Shown: positions 34,341 to 43,034, counted from the first letter of the stretch. The stretch is DNA of 64,000 nt from an uncultured Myxococcales bacterium (GCA_964511535.1 CAZEFW010000032.1:302-64301); one strand, 5' to 3'. Numbers and translations: made by a program. The notes: generated by a model not told the origin, from the letters alone.

Positions 34341-36398
34341 TCATGAGCGGGTTCGGGGGGGAGGTGGAGCTCGGGGGCGGGATCGGGGTCGGGGTCGGGG
34401 GCGGGGTCGGGAGCGGGGTCGGGGTCGGGAGCGGGTTGGGGGGCGGGCGCGGGGGGCGGGCGCGGGCGCGGGCTCGGGCTCGGGCTCGGGAGTGGAATCG
34501 GGACGCGGGACCGGCTTGGCTGGCTGAAGGGGCGCGAGCTCTTCGCGCGCCTCGCCGGTCAGCTCGTCCACGGCGTCAGGGTCCTTGCCCGTGAGGCTCG
34601 GCCGCTCGGCCTCGGCCATCACGGCTGCGCCGGGGGTGCCCGACGCGCCGGGAGGGGCTTCGTACTGCGGGCCCTTGCCGGGGATCACCAGCCCTACCAA
34701 CGCGTCCTTGGCCTCGCCCACTGATCGGCGGAGCTCCTGCGTGGCGAGCAGCGGGCCCTGGCGGGTGAAGGCGCGCATGGCGCCGCCCACTCGCTGCAGG
34801 CTGCTGATGGCCCGCGACACCTTGCCCGGCTGAGTCTCTGATTGTTCGGGCGGCACCATACCCGCGCCGGTGCCCTCCCAGCCGGGTGGGCGCCAGGGGG
34901 GCTCCACAGCCTTCGGCTCCTCGGACTCGGCCGGCGCCTCGGGCTCGGCCGGCTCCTCGGGCTCCGGCTCTTGCCCCGGCATCTGCACGTCCCGGCCGAT
35001 GCTCTGGGCGGCCCACACCGCGGTCTCCATGCTGCGGCGGTGCCGCAGGTACGGGATGCCGAACTCGTCGAGCACCCGGCCCGGCTTGTCCATGGTGCCG
35101 TAGGCCAGCAGGAACCGGCCGGGGTCGCGCTCCTTGATCCGGCGCATCACCTCCAGGGTCAGGGCCTGGTTCGCCTCGCAGATCATGAACAGCAGGTGGC
35201 CCGCGGCCACCTCTCGGGCCCGGGCCACGCACCACTCCACCTCGTCGGGCACCTGCTGGAGCAGCTCGGCCGAGCCGTCCCCGTGGTGCACGACGCCGTG
35301 GCCGGCGCGGTGCCACAGGTGGGTCACCGTGTTGTCCATGCGCTGGTAGACCTTGTCGCTCAGGTCCGCCATGGTCTCGGTGAGGCCGATCTTTCGCAGG
35401 CCGGATTGCACGGAGGGCATGGTTGAGCCGTCGCTGTCCATGACTGCGCACGGCAGCAGGACCAGGGCCATGTCCACTTCGGTTCTGGGGGTCACGGGTT
35501 GCACGATGGCCTCCTCACAACGGCTGCAGGGGAACCCCTCGGGCAGGGGGTGTTTTCCGTCGACGATCTCGCGGACCGCCCGGTACTGGTCCGAGTGCCA
35601 CAGCTGCTCGATGCTCTGGCCCTCGAGGCTGCCGGGGATCACCTGCCGCTGCCAGTCCATGCAGCACAGGATGGTCTCTCCGCTGTAGAGAACATGGAGC
35701 ATCTCGGGCCACCAGATGGAGTTGCAGCCCATCACGGTGGTGTTCTCCGGTGGGGCCGCCACCTCCACGTCCACGTTGCCGGCGCGGCTGATGGACTGGC
35801 CGAAGAAGCTGATCCGCTTGACGCCAAGCTCGCGGAAGTGGGTCAGCTCGGCGTCGCGCTCCTCGCCGGTGACCGGGCCGCCGCCGTTGAAGGTGACCAT
35901 CACCCACTCCGGCCCGCGGCGCGCCACCGCCTTCTCCACGAACTTGTCGACCCGGCGGTAGGTCACGTCCCGCTTGAGGCCCATGGCCTCCTTGTAGGCC
36001 TCCTCCGAGAAGCCGTGCACGCTGATGCCGATCCAGTCGAGGCCGGAGTCGAGCAGCGCGTCGGCGCGCTTGTCGGTGAGCAGGCTGCCGTTGGTCAGGA
36101 TGTGAACCGTGGCCTGGGGGTTTCGCTCCTTGGCGTAGTTGATCCGCGGCACGATGTCCGGGTCGAGCAGCGGCTCGTTCATCAGGTAGAGCATGATGCT
36201 CTGGACCTCATCACGATGCTCGCTGCACTCGTCCATGATGCGGCGGAACAGCTCCTCCTGCATCACGCCCTGGTCGAGATCGCCGGACACCTTGGGGTAG
36301 GGGCAGAAACGGCAGGCGGCGTTGCAGCGGCTCACCGTCTGCACCATCACCTTTTCGGGGAACGGAACCAGCGTCGTCATGGCGGGATAGTGTAGCAC
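34341..36398 (-). CDS. Radical SAM/SPASM-like enzyme fused to a B12-binding-like domain and a long Pro/Glu/Arg low-complexity tail
   Basis: CNAACRFC (C25/C29/C32). Auxiliary Cys cluster GCNSIWW ... ILCCMDW ... FPCSRCEE. The second half (LLFMICEANQALTLEVMRRIKERDPGRFLLAYG) resembles the B12 domain of the next gene. The start is GTG 36398 or ATG 36380. Confidence 0.75.
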   Translation of the reverse strand: MLHYPAMTTLVPFPEKVMVQTVSRCNAACRFCPYPKVSGDLDQGVMQEELFRRIMDECSEHRDEVQSIMLYLMNEPLLDPDIVPRINYAKERNPQATVHILTNGSLLTDKRADALLDSGLDWIGISVHGFSEEAYKEAMGLKRDVTYRRVDKFVEKAVARRGPEWVMVTFNGGGPVTGEERDAELTHFRELGVKRISFFGQSISRAGNVDVEVAAPPENTTVMGCNSIWWPEMLHVLYSGETILCCMDWQRQVIPGSLEGQSIEQLWHSDQYRAVREIVDGKHPLPEGFPCSRCEEAIVQPVTPRTEVDMALVLLPCAVMDSDGSTMPSVQSGLRKIGLTETMADLSDKVYQRMDNTVTHLWHRAGHGVVHHGDGSAELLQQVPDEVEWCVARAREVAAGHLLFMICEANQALTLEVMRRIKERDPGRFLLAYGTMDKPGRVLDEFGIPYLRHRRSMETAVWAAQSIGRDVQMPGQEPEPEEPAEPEAPAESEEPKAVEPPWRPPGWEGTGAGMVPPEQSETQPGKVSRAISSLQRVGGAMRAFTRQGPLLATQELRRSVGEAKDALVGLVIPGKGPQYEAPPGASGTPGAAVMAEAERPSLTGKDPDAVDELTGEAREELAPLQPAKPVPRPDSTPEPEPEPAPAPAPRARPPTRSRPRPRSRPRPRPRPRSRPRAPPPPRTRS
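34371..34492. repeat. 6-bp G-rich microsatellite (GGGGTC/GGGAGC/GGGCGC/GGGCTC) lying inside the 3' end of the ORF above
   Basis: Read directly. On the minus strand it translates as PEPEPEPAPAPAPRARPP..RSRPRPRSRPRPRPRPRSRP. Confidence 0.9.
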
Positions 36399-36408
36399 CG
36401 GCGGGGGG

Positions 36409-37200
36409 TCAGGGCAGGGGCGGTCCAGCGCGCATCAGCTCGTTGAGCGCCCGTCGGACCTGCTTGGCCAGCCCCGGCAGATCTTGCTCCTGCGACCCGG
36501 CAACCGGGATCGGCTCACCGAACAGCACGTCCACCTTTCCCGGGCGCACCCGCCAGTCGCCCGCGGGGCAGATGTTGCGCAGCCCGCGCAGGCCCATGGG
36601 AACCACCGGCACGCCCGCCATCAGCGCCAGCCGGAAGGCGCCCGGGTAGAACGGGCCGATGCGCCCGTCCCGGGTGCGGTGCCCCTCGGGGAAGACCACG
36701 AAGCTGTCGCCGCCGCGGATCATCTCGGCGGCGCGCTCGAAGGCCTGCCGGTTGAGCTCCTTGTTCTTGCGGTCCACCGGGATCTGCCCGAATACCCGCA
36801 CGCACCCGCCATAGATCGGGATGTCGAAGTGGCTCTGGTCCTGAAACGACCGGTGGAAGTACGGGATCGACTGGAACACCACGAACAGGTCCAGCAGGCT
36901 GACATGGTTGATGCAAAAAATGTACGCGCCCTGTGGGTCCAGGCGCTCCAGCCCGTGCTGCTCCACCTCGATCCCCGCGAGCCCCGTGACCCGGCGACAG
37001 ACGAACTTGCCCAGGCGATCGAACTTGCGGCCAGGGATGACGGTCTTGTCCAGCAGGTTGAACAGCAGCAGCCAGGCGCCCAGGTGCGGGGCGCTCACCG
37101 CCCAGCGCGCCACGGACCCGACGGTCTCCAGCGGTGAGAAGGGCGCCAGGTGGTCCTGGTACAGGTCGAGGTCCTCGTTCAGTTCAGGGGGCGCGGGCAT
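36409..37200 (-). CDS. plsC: 1-acyl-sn-glycerol-3-phosphate (lysophospholipid) acyltransferase
   Basis: HX4D motif NHVSLLD. FPEGHRTRDG. VPVVP block. Confidence 0.75.
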   Translation of the reverse strand: MPAPPELNEDLDLYQDHLAPFSPLETVGSVARWAVSAPHLGAWLLLFNLLDKTVIPGRKFDRLGKFVCRRVTGLAGIEVEQHGLERLDPQGAYIFCINHVSLLDLFVVFQSIPYFHRSFQDQSHFDIPIYGGCVRVFGQIPVDRKNKELNRQAFERAAEMIRGGDSFVVFPEGHRTRDGRIGPFYPGAFRLALMAGVPVVPMGLRGLRNICPAGDWRVRPGKVDVLFGEPIPVAGSQEQDLPGLAKQVRRALNELMRAGPPLP

Positions 37201-37209
37201 GTCTGTTTC

Positions 37210-37680
37210 TCAGTCTCTGTCGGGCTCGATGTCGATGACGTCACCCTGCGCGGGGCCGGGGCCGGGGCCAGGGCCGGGGCCCGCCCCGGGGAAGGGCCCC
37301 ATGGGGGTCAGCTGCACGCGGCCCTTGAGGTACCGCACAAGCCAGCGCGCGGCCCGGGCGCGCACCGGCGGGATGAGCAGCAGGAAGCCCACGCCGTCGG
37401 AGATAAACCCGGGCAGGATCAGGGTCGCGCCCACGATGAGCAGCATGATGCCAGCCACGATCTCCTCGGCGGGCATCTGGCCGCGGTTCATGGCGCCCTG
37501 CATGCGCGCCAGTGTGGCCAGGCCCTGCATGCGCACCAGGCTGCCGCCCACCACGCCGGTGAGCACGCACATGGCGGCGGCGGTGAGGAAGGAGAAGCGC
37601 GCGGCCACCTCGATGAGCAGGTAGAGCTCGGCGAAGCCGACCACCATTACCAACAGAAAGAATCGCGCGACGAACGTCAT
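37210..37680 (-). CDS. fxsA: FxsA family membrane protein
   Basis: FAELYLLIEV ... LTGVVGGSLVR ... LLIVGATLILPGFISDGVGFLLLIPPVR is the FxsA signature as I know it. Confidence 0.75.
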   Translation of the reverse strand: MTFVARFFLLVMVVGFAELYLLIEVAARFSFLTAAAMCVLTGVVGGSLVRMQGLATLARMQGAMNRGQMPAEEIVAGIMLLIVGATLILPGFISDGVGFLLLIPPVRARAARWLVRYLKGRVQLTPMGPFPGAGPGPGPGPGPAQGDVIDIEPDRD

Positions 37681-37693
37681 GGCGGTTGCTTGA

Positions 37694-39463
37694 TTAGCGC
37701 ATTCTGCGGTGCGTGGCCAGCGCAGCGGCCAATAGAAGCAGCCAGAGGGGAGCCGGCCCGCCCGCCACGGCGCAGGTGCCGCCCGTGCTGCCCGGCGTGC
37801 CGGCGCCGCGGTCGGGGGCAGGGGAGGGCAGGCCGTCCGTGGCAGCAGCGCCGCGGTCCTTCTTTGTCTTGCCGGCGTCGTTGCCCGGGGGCGCGCCCGC
37901 CTCCTTGCCCGGGGCCCCGGCGTCCTTTTTGGGCGGCGGCTTGGACTGCCCGATGTTGAGGTAGCAGATGGCGTAGACCGTGCTCTTGTTCGGGTCGGCG
38001 GTGAAGGTGAGCCGGTGGGTCCCCTTCTGCTTGGGCGTGACCGCGTAATACCAGTGGTACTTGCCGCCCACCTTCTTCACCCCGCCCCAGGTGGTGGGCA
38101 GCTTGCCGCCCGCCGGCGCCTCCACCTCCAGGCCCACGTTGGCGTACGGGGCAGCGGCCGAGATGTCCACATTCACCTTGGCGCCCGGCGCGGGCTTGCC
38201 CGGGGACCAGCTCATGCTCGCCGTGCCCCGGCAGGTGGGCGCGCAGTCGCCGCGGGTCGACCGGCAGGTGTAGCCCGCCTTGCAGCCGCCGGCGGCGCCG
38301 CATGAGGCGGTGGCCTTGCACTTGCCGCTGGCCAGCTCGCAGATCTGCTTGCCCTTGCAGTCGCGGTCGTGGGTGCAGCCCGTGGGCGTGGTGCCGCCGC
38401 ACTTGACCTTGGTCCAGGCATACTTCTTGGAAAACGCCTTCTTCAGGTCGCCCAGCAGCTTGCTGCGGCTGCCGATGGCGAAGTCGCGGCCCGTGCCGTC
38501 GTCGTTCTTGGTCCAGCGGTAGGGCGTGATGGCGCGCACCTTCGTCTTGGCGGTCTTGTTCCACGCCGCCACGTCGGCGTACAGCGCCTGGAAGTAGCCC
38601 ACGTCGGCGTCGGGGTAGCACTTGTTCCCCTTCTGAGGGGTGCAGGCGTTTCCGCTCTCGGTGATGAACACCGGCGCGCCGCCCAGGCCCTTCTTCTCGA
38701 TCACCTGCGTGATGTAGTCGCGGTAGATGCGGAAGTTCCAGTGCCAGGTGTCGCTCCAGGTGGCGCCGCCCGGGCACTGGTCGACGGTGTTGTCCGTGGC
38801 CTTCTTGCCGTCGGTGACCTTGGACGCCTTGAGCGCCGAGCCGGTGCCCTCCTGGGTGTAGGCGTGCAGGGCGAAGCCGTCGGGAGTGACCCCCTTGGCC
38901 TTGATCTTGTCGATGATCATGCGCAGTGAGTGCAGGCAGCCGGGCGAGTAGGGCGAGTTGGGCGCCACCAGCACCAGGTCCGACTGGTGGCCCGGCAGCT
39001 TGTGCACCCGCTTGTGCACCTCCACGTAGGCCGCGGCGTAGCCCGCTGAGGAGCAGTCGGGGTCGCTCTTGTTCCAGGTGAAGTTGGGCTCGTTGCCCAC
39101 GATCCAGACATGGATATTGGGGCACTTGCTCACGAAGGAGGCGAAGGCCCCGCCGTAGCCAGGCGCCTGGGACGCGCTCTTGGGCACCGACTCCGAGCCG
39201 GAGACGTCCAGGCGCTGGATGATGGAGATACCCGCCTTGGTAGCCGAGGTGTGGCAGCTGGCCCCGGGCGAGCCGGAGGTGCCGATGTACTGCAGGTCGG
39301 TGATCCAGCCCTTGTCGCAGCCCGACGTGGCGCCCTTCATCCAGGACTCTGCCTGCATGTCGTGCATGCCGTTGAGCAGCGCCGACTGCCCCGGCGGCGG
39401 CTGGGCGGCGGCGGCCCGTGGCAAGGCGGCCAGCAGGAGCAGGAGGGGGAGGAGGCGGTGCAT
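37694..39463 (-). CDS. Secreted clan GH-A-like (TIM-barrel) glycoside hydrolase with a Cys-rich linker, an Ig-like domain and a MYXO-CTERM tail
   Basis: Signal peptide. WIVGNEPN and VFITESG (candidate acid/base and nucleophile Glu). Tail GGTCAVAGGPAPLWLLLLAAALATHRRMR. Confidence 0.65.
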   Translation of the reverse strand: MHRLLPLLLLLAALPRAAAAQPPPGQSALLNGMHDMQAESWMKGATSGCDKGWITDLQYIGTSGSPGASCHTSATKAGISIIQRLDVSGSESVPKSASQAPGYGGAFASFVSKCPNIHVWIVGNEPNFTWNKSDPDCSSAGYAAAYVEVHKRVHKLPGHQSDLVLVAPNSPYSPGCLHSLRMIIDKIKAKGVTPDGFALHAYTQEGTGSALKASKVTDGKKATDNTVDQCPGGATWSDTWHWNFRIYRDYITQVIEKKGLGGAPVFITESGNACTPQKGNKCYPDADVGYFQALYADVAAWNKTAKTKVRAITPYRWTKNDDGTGRDFAIGSRSKLLGDLKKAFSKKYAWTKVKCGGTTPTGCTHDRDCKGKQICELASGKCKATASCGAAGGCKAGYTCRSTRGDCAPTCRGTASMSWSPGKPAPGAKVNVDISAAAPYANVGLEVEAPAGGKLPTTWGGVKKVGGKYHWYYAVTPKQKGTHRLTFTADPNKSTVYAICYLNIGQSKPPPKKDAGAPGKEAGAPPGNDAGKTKKDRGAAATDGLPSPAPDRGAGTPGSTGGTCAVAGGPAPLWLLLLAAALATHRRMR

Positions 39464-39488
39464 GGTCGGATTGTACTACGGGCGGGGC

Positions 39489-39672
39489 GGCGGCCTGTGG
39501 CCGCCGAATGCCAGAGTGCCAGAGTGCCAGAATGCCAGAATGCCAGAATGTGACGGCTGAAGCTGAGGCTGATGCTGAGGCTGGGGCTGATGCTGAAGCT
39601 GATGCTGAAGCTGATGCTGAGGCTGAAGCTGACGCTGATGCTGAGGCTGACGCCGAAACCGAGGCCGAATAG
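39489..39672. repeat. Composite block on the minus strand: (CAGCNU) x about 19, then (AUUCUGGC) x about 6, then a GC hairpin. Same order as 6085..6328.
   Basis: Hairpin ggcggcc-tgt-ggccgcc at 39489..39505. Octamers at 39506..39553. Hexamers at 39556..39672. Confidence 0.9.
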
Positions 39673-39701
39673 CAACAGCAACTGTCAACCGTCGACTACA
39701 T

Positions 39702-42700
39702 TCAGCCGTGAATCGTCCGCTCTATAATCTCCTGCTGCACCTCGGGCGACAGGTCGGCGAAGTAGGCGCTGTAGCCGCTGACGCGCACCAGCAGCCACGG
39801 GTGCTTCTCGGGGTGCTCCCGCGACTCGCGCAGCAGATCCGGGTCCACCGCGTTGAGCTGCACGTGCATGCCCCCGTTGGCGAAGTAGCCGCGGATCAGG
39901 GCCGCCACCGCCTCGGCGCCGGCCTCGCCCGGGACTGCCGAGGGGTCGAGCATCACGTTCACGCTCACGCCGTTCTTGGCGTGCCGTCTGAGGTCCAGGC
40001 GCGCCGCAGAGTTGAGCGCCGCCGTGGGCCCGGCGCGATCCATGCCGTCTGCCGGGGACAGGCCGTTGGCCAGGGCCGCGCCGGCCGGGCGCCCCGACGG
40101 CATCGCGCCCACGGTCTCGCCAAACGCCTGGTGGCTGGTGACCGAATAGAAGCCGGCCACGTAGGGCCCGCCCCGGGTGTTCTTGTGCTTGCCCAGGGCA
40201 TCGGCGAAGGCGCCCATCACCGCGTCGGCCCAGCGGTCCACCAGGGGTTCGTCGTTGCCGAACTTGGGCGCGCGCATCAGGTGCCCCTGGAGCCAACCGT
40301 ACCCCTCGAAGTCCTTCTTCAGCGCCGTGACCAGCGTGGGCAGATCGCACAGCTGGCTGGTGAAGACCACGTCGGCCACCGCGGCCAGGCTGTCGGCCAC
40401 GTCCACCACGCCGACGCCCTGGATCCCGCTGGCGTTGTAGCGCGCGCCGCCCGCCGAGGCGTCCACGCCCTTCTCCAGGCAGCCGTCCACGAGGCATGAA
40501 GTCAGCGGCGTGGGGTGAAACCGCGCGTTGGCCAGCTCGATGGGCTGCAGGTGCTTCATCAGCTGTGCCACCAGGTGGGCCACCTGCTTCTCGAACGCGT
40601 CGAACAGCTCCTCGGTGGAGCCCAGCTTCTTGACTGGCGGCGTACGCGTGCCGCCTCCGCGGGTGCCCAGGGCCCACTCGAGGCAGATGGCCAGGTTGGC
40701 CAGCGCCGCGTCGGTGGAGCCGTAGGTCTTGCCGCAGGACACCGGCTCCACGCACCCCACCGGGCTGTAGTCCAGGGCGTCCCGGCGGGTCATGCGCCGC
40801 CCCTGGAGCATGGGCACCACCACGTCGTCGTTCATCAGCGAGGGCGCCCCGGCCCCGTCGCGCAGCATGGCGGCGATGCGATGGACGTAGGCCGGGCGGC
40901 TCCCCTTGTGGACGCGCGCGTGGTAGTTGGGCTGGCGCATGCGCAGCCGCTCCATGGCGTCGAGGAACAATCCGGTGAGCTCGTTCTCCGCGTCGCCTCC
41001 TGCGGGGGTCTGCCCGCCCACCACCACCACCTGCCCGTTGAACATGCCGCCGTGGAACCGGGTGAGGTAACCGGAGAAGACCGGGACGATCTCGCTCATC
41101 TTCACCGTGAAGCAGCCGATGAGCTCGGCCGCCTCGTGGCGCTCGATGCGCTGGCTGGCTCGGTCCGCCTCGTACAGCGGCCAGAGCAGCTGGTCCAGCC
41201 GCCCCGGGGAGATGCTGTTGTCCAGGCTCTCCTGGCTCAGCGCGATCTGCACCAACAGGATCGACTGCAGCGCCTCGCGCATGGTGTGGGCCGAGCGCGC
41301 GGGCACCCGCGAGCAGATGTGGGCGATGGCGTACAGCTCGGCCATGCGCGCGGCGTTGCGCTCCCGGCGGGCCAGGCGCCGGGCCTCCTTTTCGTAGGCG
41401 GCGGCCATCTCCTCCACGCCCTTGCACACGATCTGGACCGCGGCGTGGAAGTCCTTCTGCTCCTGGTCCCGGGCGGAGTCCATGGCCCTGGCAGCCCGCC
41501 GCGAGATGCCGGAGATCCCCTCGCGCAGCAGCAGCTCATAGTCCGGCACGAAGTGAGAGATCCCCCCCGCCTCGTTGATCAGGTACCGCGTCGCCTTGAG
41601 GGACTCGCGGTAGAACCCGGGCGCCTTGTAGAACGGGAACGCCCGGGCCGCCAGGTGGCGCGTGGCCCAGAACGGGAACACCTTGCGCTTGAGCGCGGCG
41701 CGGTCCTCCTCGTCGATCTCCAGCGGATTGACCTCCCGGGTGTCGAAGCTGTTCAGGTCGAGCAGCTGGGCCACGCCGTGCAGCTCCGGCAGGATCCCGC
41801 CTCCCACCCGGCGAGAGCTGAAGCTGCCCACCAGCAGCTCGTGGTCGTAGATCCTGGCGCTGCGGCTCTTCAGCACATGGCGCAGCGCCTCCGCGCGCTG
41901 GATGATGGCCGGCTTCTTCCGGTTCGGCTTGTCCCGGTAGTACTCGGTGACCAGCAGCGCTCGCTCGGCGCAGATCCCCGGCCTGGCGCGCTGCACGGCC
42001 TTGCGCAGGCGGTACACGCGGGACGTGAACGGATCCTCCTTGCGCACGGCGGCGAGGGTCTCGGTGGGCTCCCCCTCCACCGTCACCTGGATGCCGTGCA
42101 TGTTGAACAGGGTGGCGGCCCGCGCCAGCGCCTCCTCTGCTTCATCGGCGCTGATGTCGAGGGTCGGCTGCTTGCTGCCAAGGGGCTCGAGCTTCGCCGC
42201 CCCCGCCCCGTTGTAGCGCAGCAGCCGCAGCTCCTGCTGGTCGAGCCCCTTGAGGGCCACGGCCAGCGCAGAGATGCTCTCGTCCGAGTCGTTGTGGCCT
42301 GGCACCACGGGGAAGCGGAAGCGAACCGCCGCGCCCGCCTCCAGCAGGCGGCTGGCGTTGTCCAGGATGCGCTCGGTGCCGACCCCGGTGAGCTCGCGGT
42401 GCAGCCGGGCGCCGCCCGCCTTGAGGTCGAAGTAGAACTGGTCCGTGTAGCGGCGCAGCGCCTGGAACGCCTCCCACGGCGCCTCACCGCAGGTCTCCAC
42501 CAGGGTGCCCACGCCCTTGACCTTGCAGCGCGAGAGCAGGCGTGAAGCGGCGCGGTACTGCATCAGCGGCTCACCCCCCGACAGGGTGATCCCGCCCCCC
42601 GACGCGTCGAAGTAGGCCTTGTCGGCGAGCAGCTTTTCGGCCAGGCGGTCCACCATCACGCGCCGCCCCACGCGCCGGAGCGCCTCCTGGGGGCAGGCGC

Positions 42701-42977
42701 GGGCGCAGTCGCCGCAGGCCTGGCACAGCCCGCGCAGCAGCCGGTCGTCCGCCTCCACCAGGGCTCGGTGCTCGCACACCTCCACGCACCTGAAGCAGCG
42801 CACGCACCGGTTGGCGTGGAACGCGATCTCGCCGCGGGCAGAGATCGACTCCGGGTTCTGGCACCAGGCGCACCGCATGGGGCAGCCCTTGAAGAACACC
42901 ACCGTGCGCAGACCGGGCCCGTCGTGGGTGCAGAACCGCTGCACGTCGAAGATCAGCAAGTCATGGGCGCCTGGCAT
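39702..42977 (-). CDS. Fusion protein: glycyl-radical-enzyme activase (radical SAM) at the N-terminus, glycyl radical enzyme (PFL-fold, eliminase-type GCVEP loop) at the C-terminus
   Basis: Activase part: FCTHDGPGLRTVVFFKGCPMRCAWCQNPE (C32/C36/C39), plus CVRCFRCVEVC and CQACGDCARAC ferredoxin-like motifs and ITLSGGEP. GRE part: VGCVEPVSCG thiyl loop and C-terminal LVRVSGYSAYFADL (Gly1068). Confidence 0.85.
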   Translation of the reverse strand: MPGAHDLLIFDVQRFCTHDGPGLRTVVFFKGCPMRCAWCQNPESISARGEIAFHANRCVRCFRCVEVCEHRALVEADDRLLRGLCQACGDCARACPQEALRRVGRRVMVDRLAEKLLADKAYFDASGGGITLSGGEPLMQYRAASRLLSRCKVKGVGTLVETCGEAPWEAFQALRRYTDQFYFDLKAGGARLHRELTGVGTERILDNASRLLEAGAAVRFRFPVVPGHNDSDESISALAVALKGLDQQELRLLRYNGAGAAKLEPLGSKQPTLDISADEAEEALARAATLFNMHGIQVTVEGEPTETLAAVRKEDPFTSRVYRLRKAVQRARPGICAERALLVTEYYRDKPNRKKPAIIQRAEALRHVLKSRSARIYDHELLVGSFSSRRVGGGILPELHGVAQLLDLNSFDTREVNPLEIDEEDRAALKRKVFPFWATRHLAARAFPFYKAPGFYRESLKATRYLINEAGGISHFVPDYELLLREGISGISRRAARAMDSARDQEQKDFHAAVQIVCKGVEEMAAAYEKEARRLARRERNAARMAELYAIAHICSRVPARSAHTMREALQSILLVQIALSQESLDNSISPGRLDQLLWPLYEADRASQRIERHEAAELIGCFTVKMSEIVPVFSGYLTRFHGGMFNGQVVVVGGQTPAGGDAENELTGLFLDAMERLRMRQPNYHARVHKGSRPAYVHRIAAMLRDGAGAPSLMNDDVVVPMLQGRRMTRRDALDYSPVGCVEPVSCGKTYGSTDAALANLAICLEWALGTRGGGTRTPPVKKLGSTEELFDAFEKQVAHLVAQLMKHLQPIELANARFHPTPLTSCLVDGCLEKGVDASAGGARYNASGIQGVGVVDVADSLAAVADVVFTSQLCDLPTLVTALKKDFEGYGWLQGHLMRAPKFGNDEPLVDRWADAVMGAFADALGKHKNTRGGPYVAGFYSVTSHQAFGETVGAMPSGRPAGAALANGLSPADGMDRAGPTAALNSAARLDLRRHAKNGVSVNVMLDPSAVPGEAGAEAVAALIRGYFANGGMHVQLNAVDPDLLRESREHPEKHPWLLVRVSGYSAYFADLSPEVQQEIIERTIHG

Positions 42978-43034
42978 ACCTGGCCATTTTACCGCAGCCG
43001 CTCGCGGTTCCGGTGGGAAATAGCTGGGGCCCCC

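Noticed and set aside
32608-36408. RiPP precursor peptide associated with the two radical SAM genes.
   Set aside because: There is no short ORF with a Shine-Dalgarno site and a leader/core-like sequence in the flanking spacers (32608..32746, 34304..34340, 36399..36408). The neighbours are lipid and membrane enzymes. An absence seen by eye is weak evidence, so I note it as a test in the finding.
39489-39672. Possibility that the repeat arrays are CRISPR arrays.
   Set aside because: The units are 6-8 bp with no unique spacers, and no cas genes are in the window. CRISPR repeats are about 24-48 bp separated by spacers of similar length.
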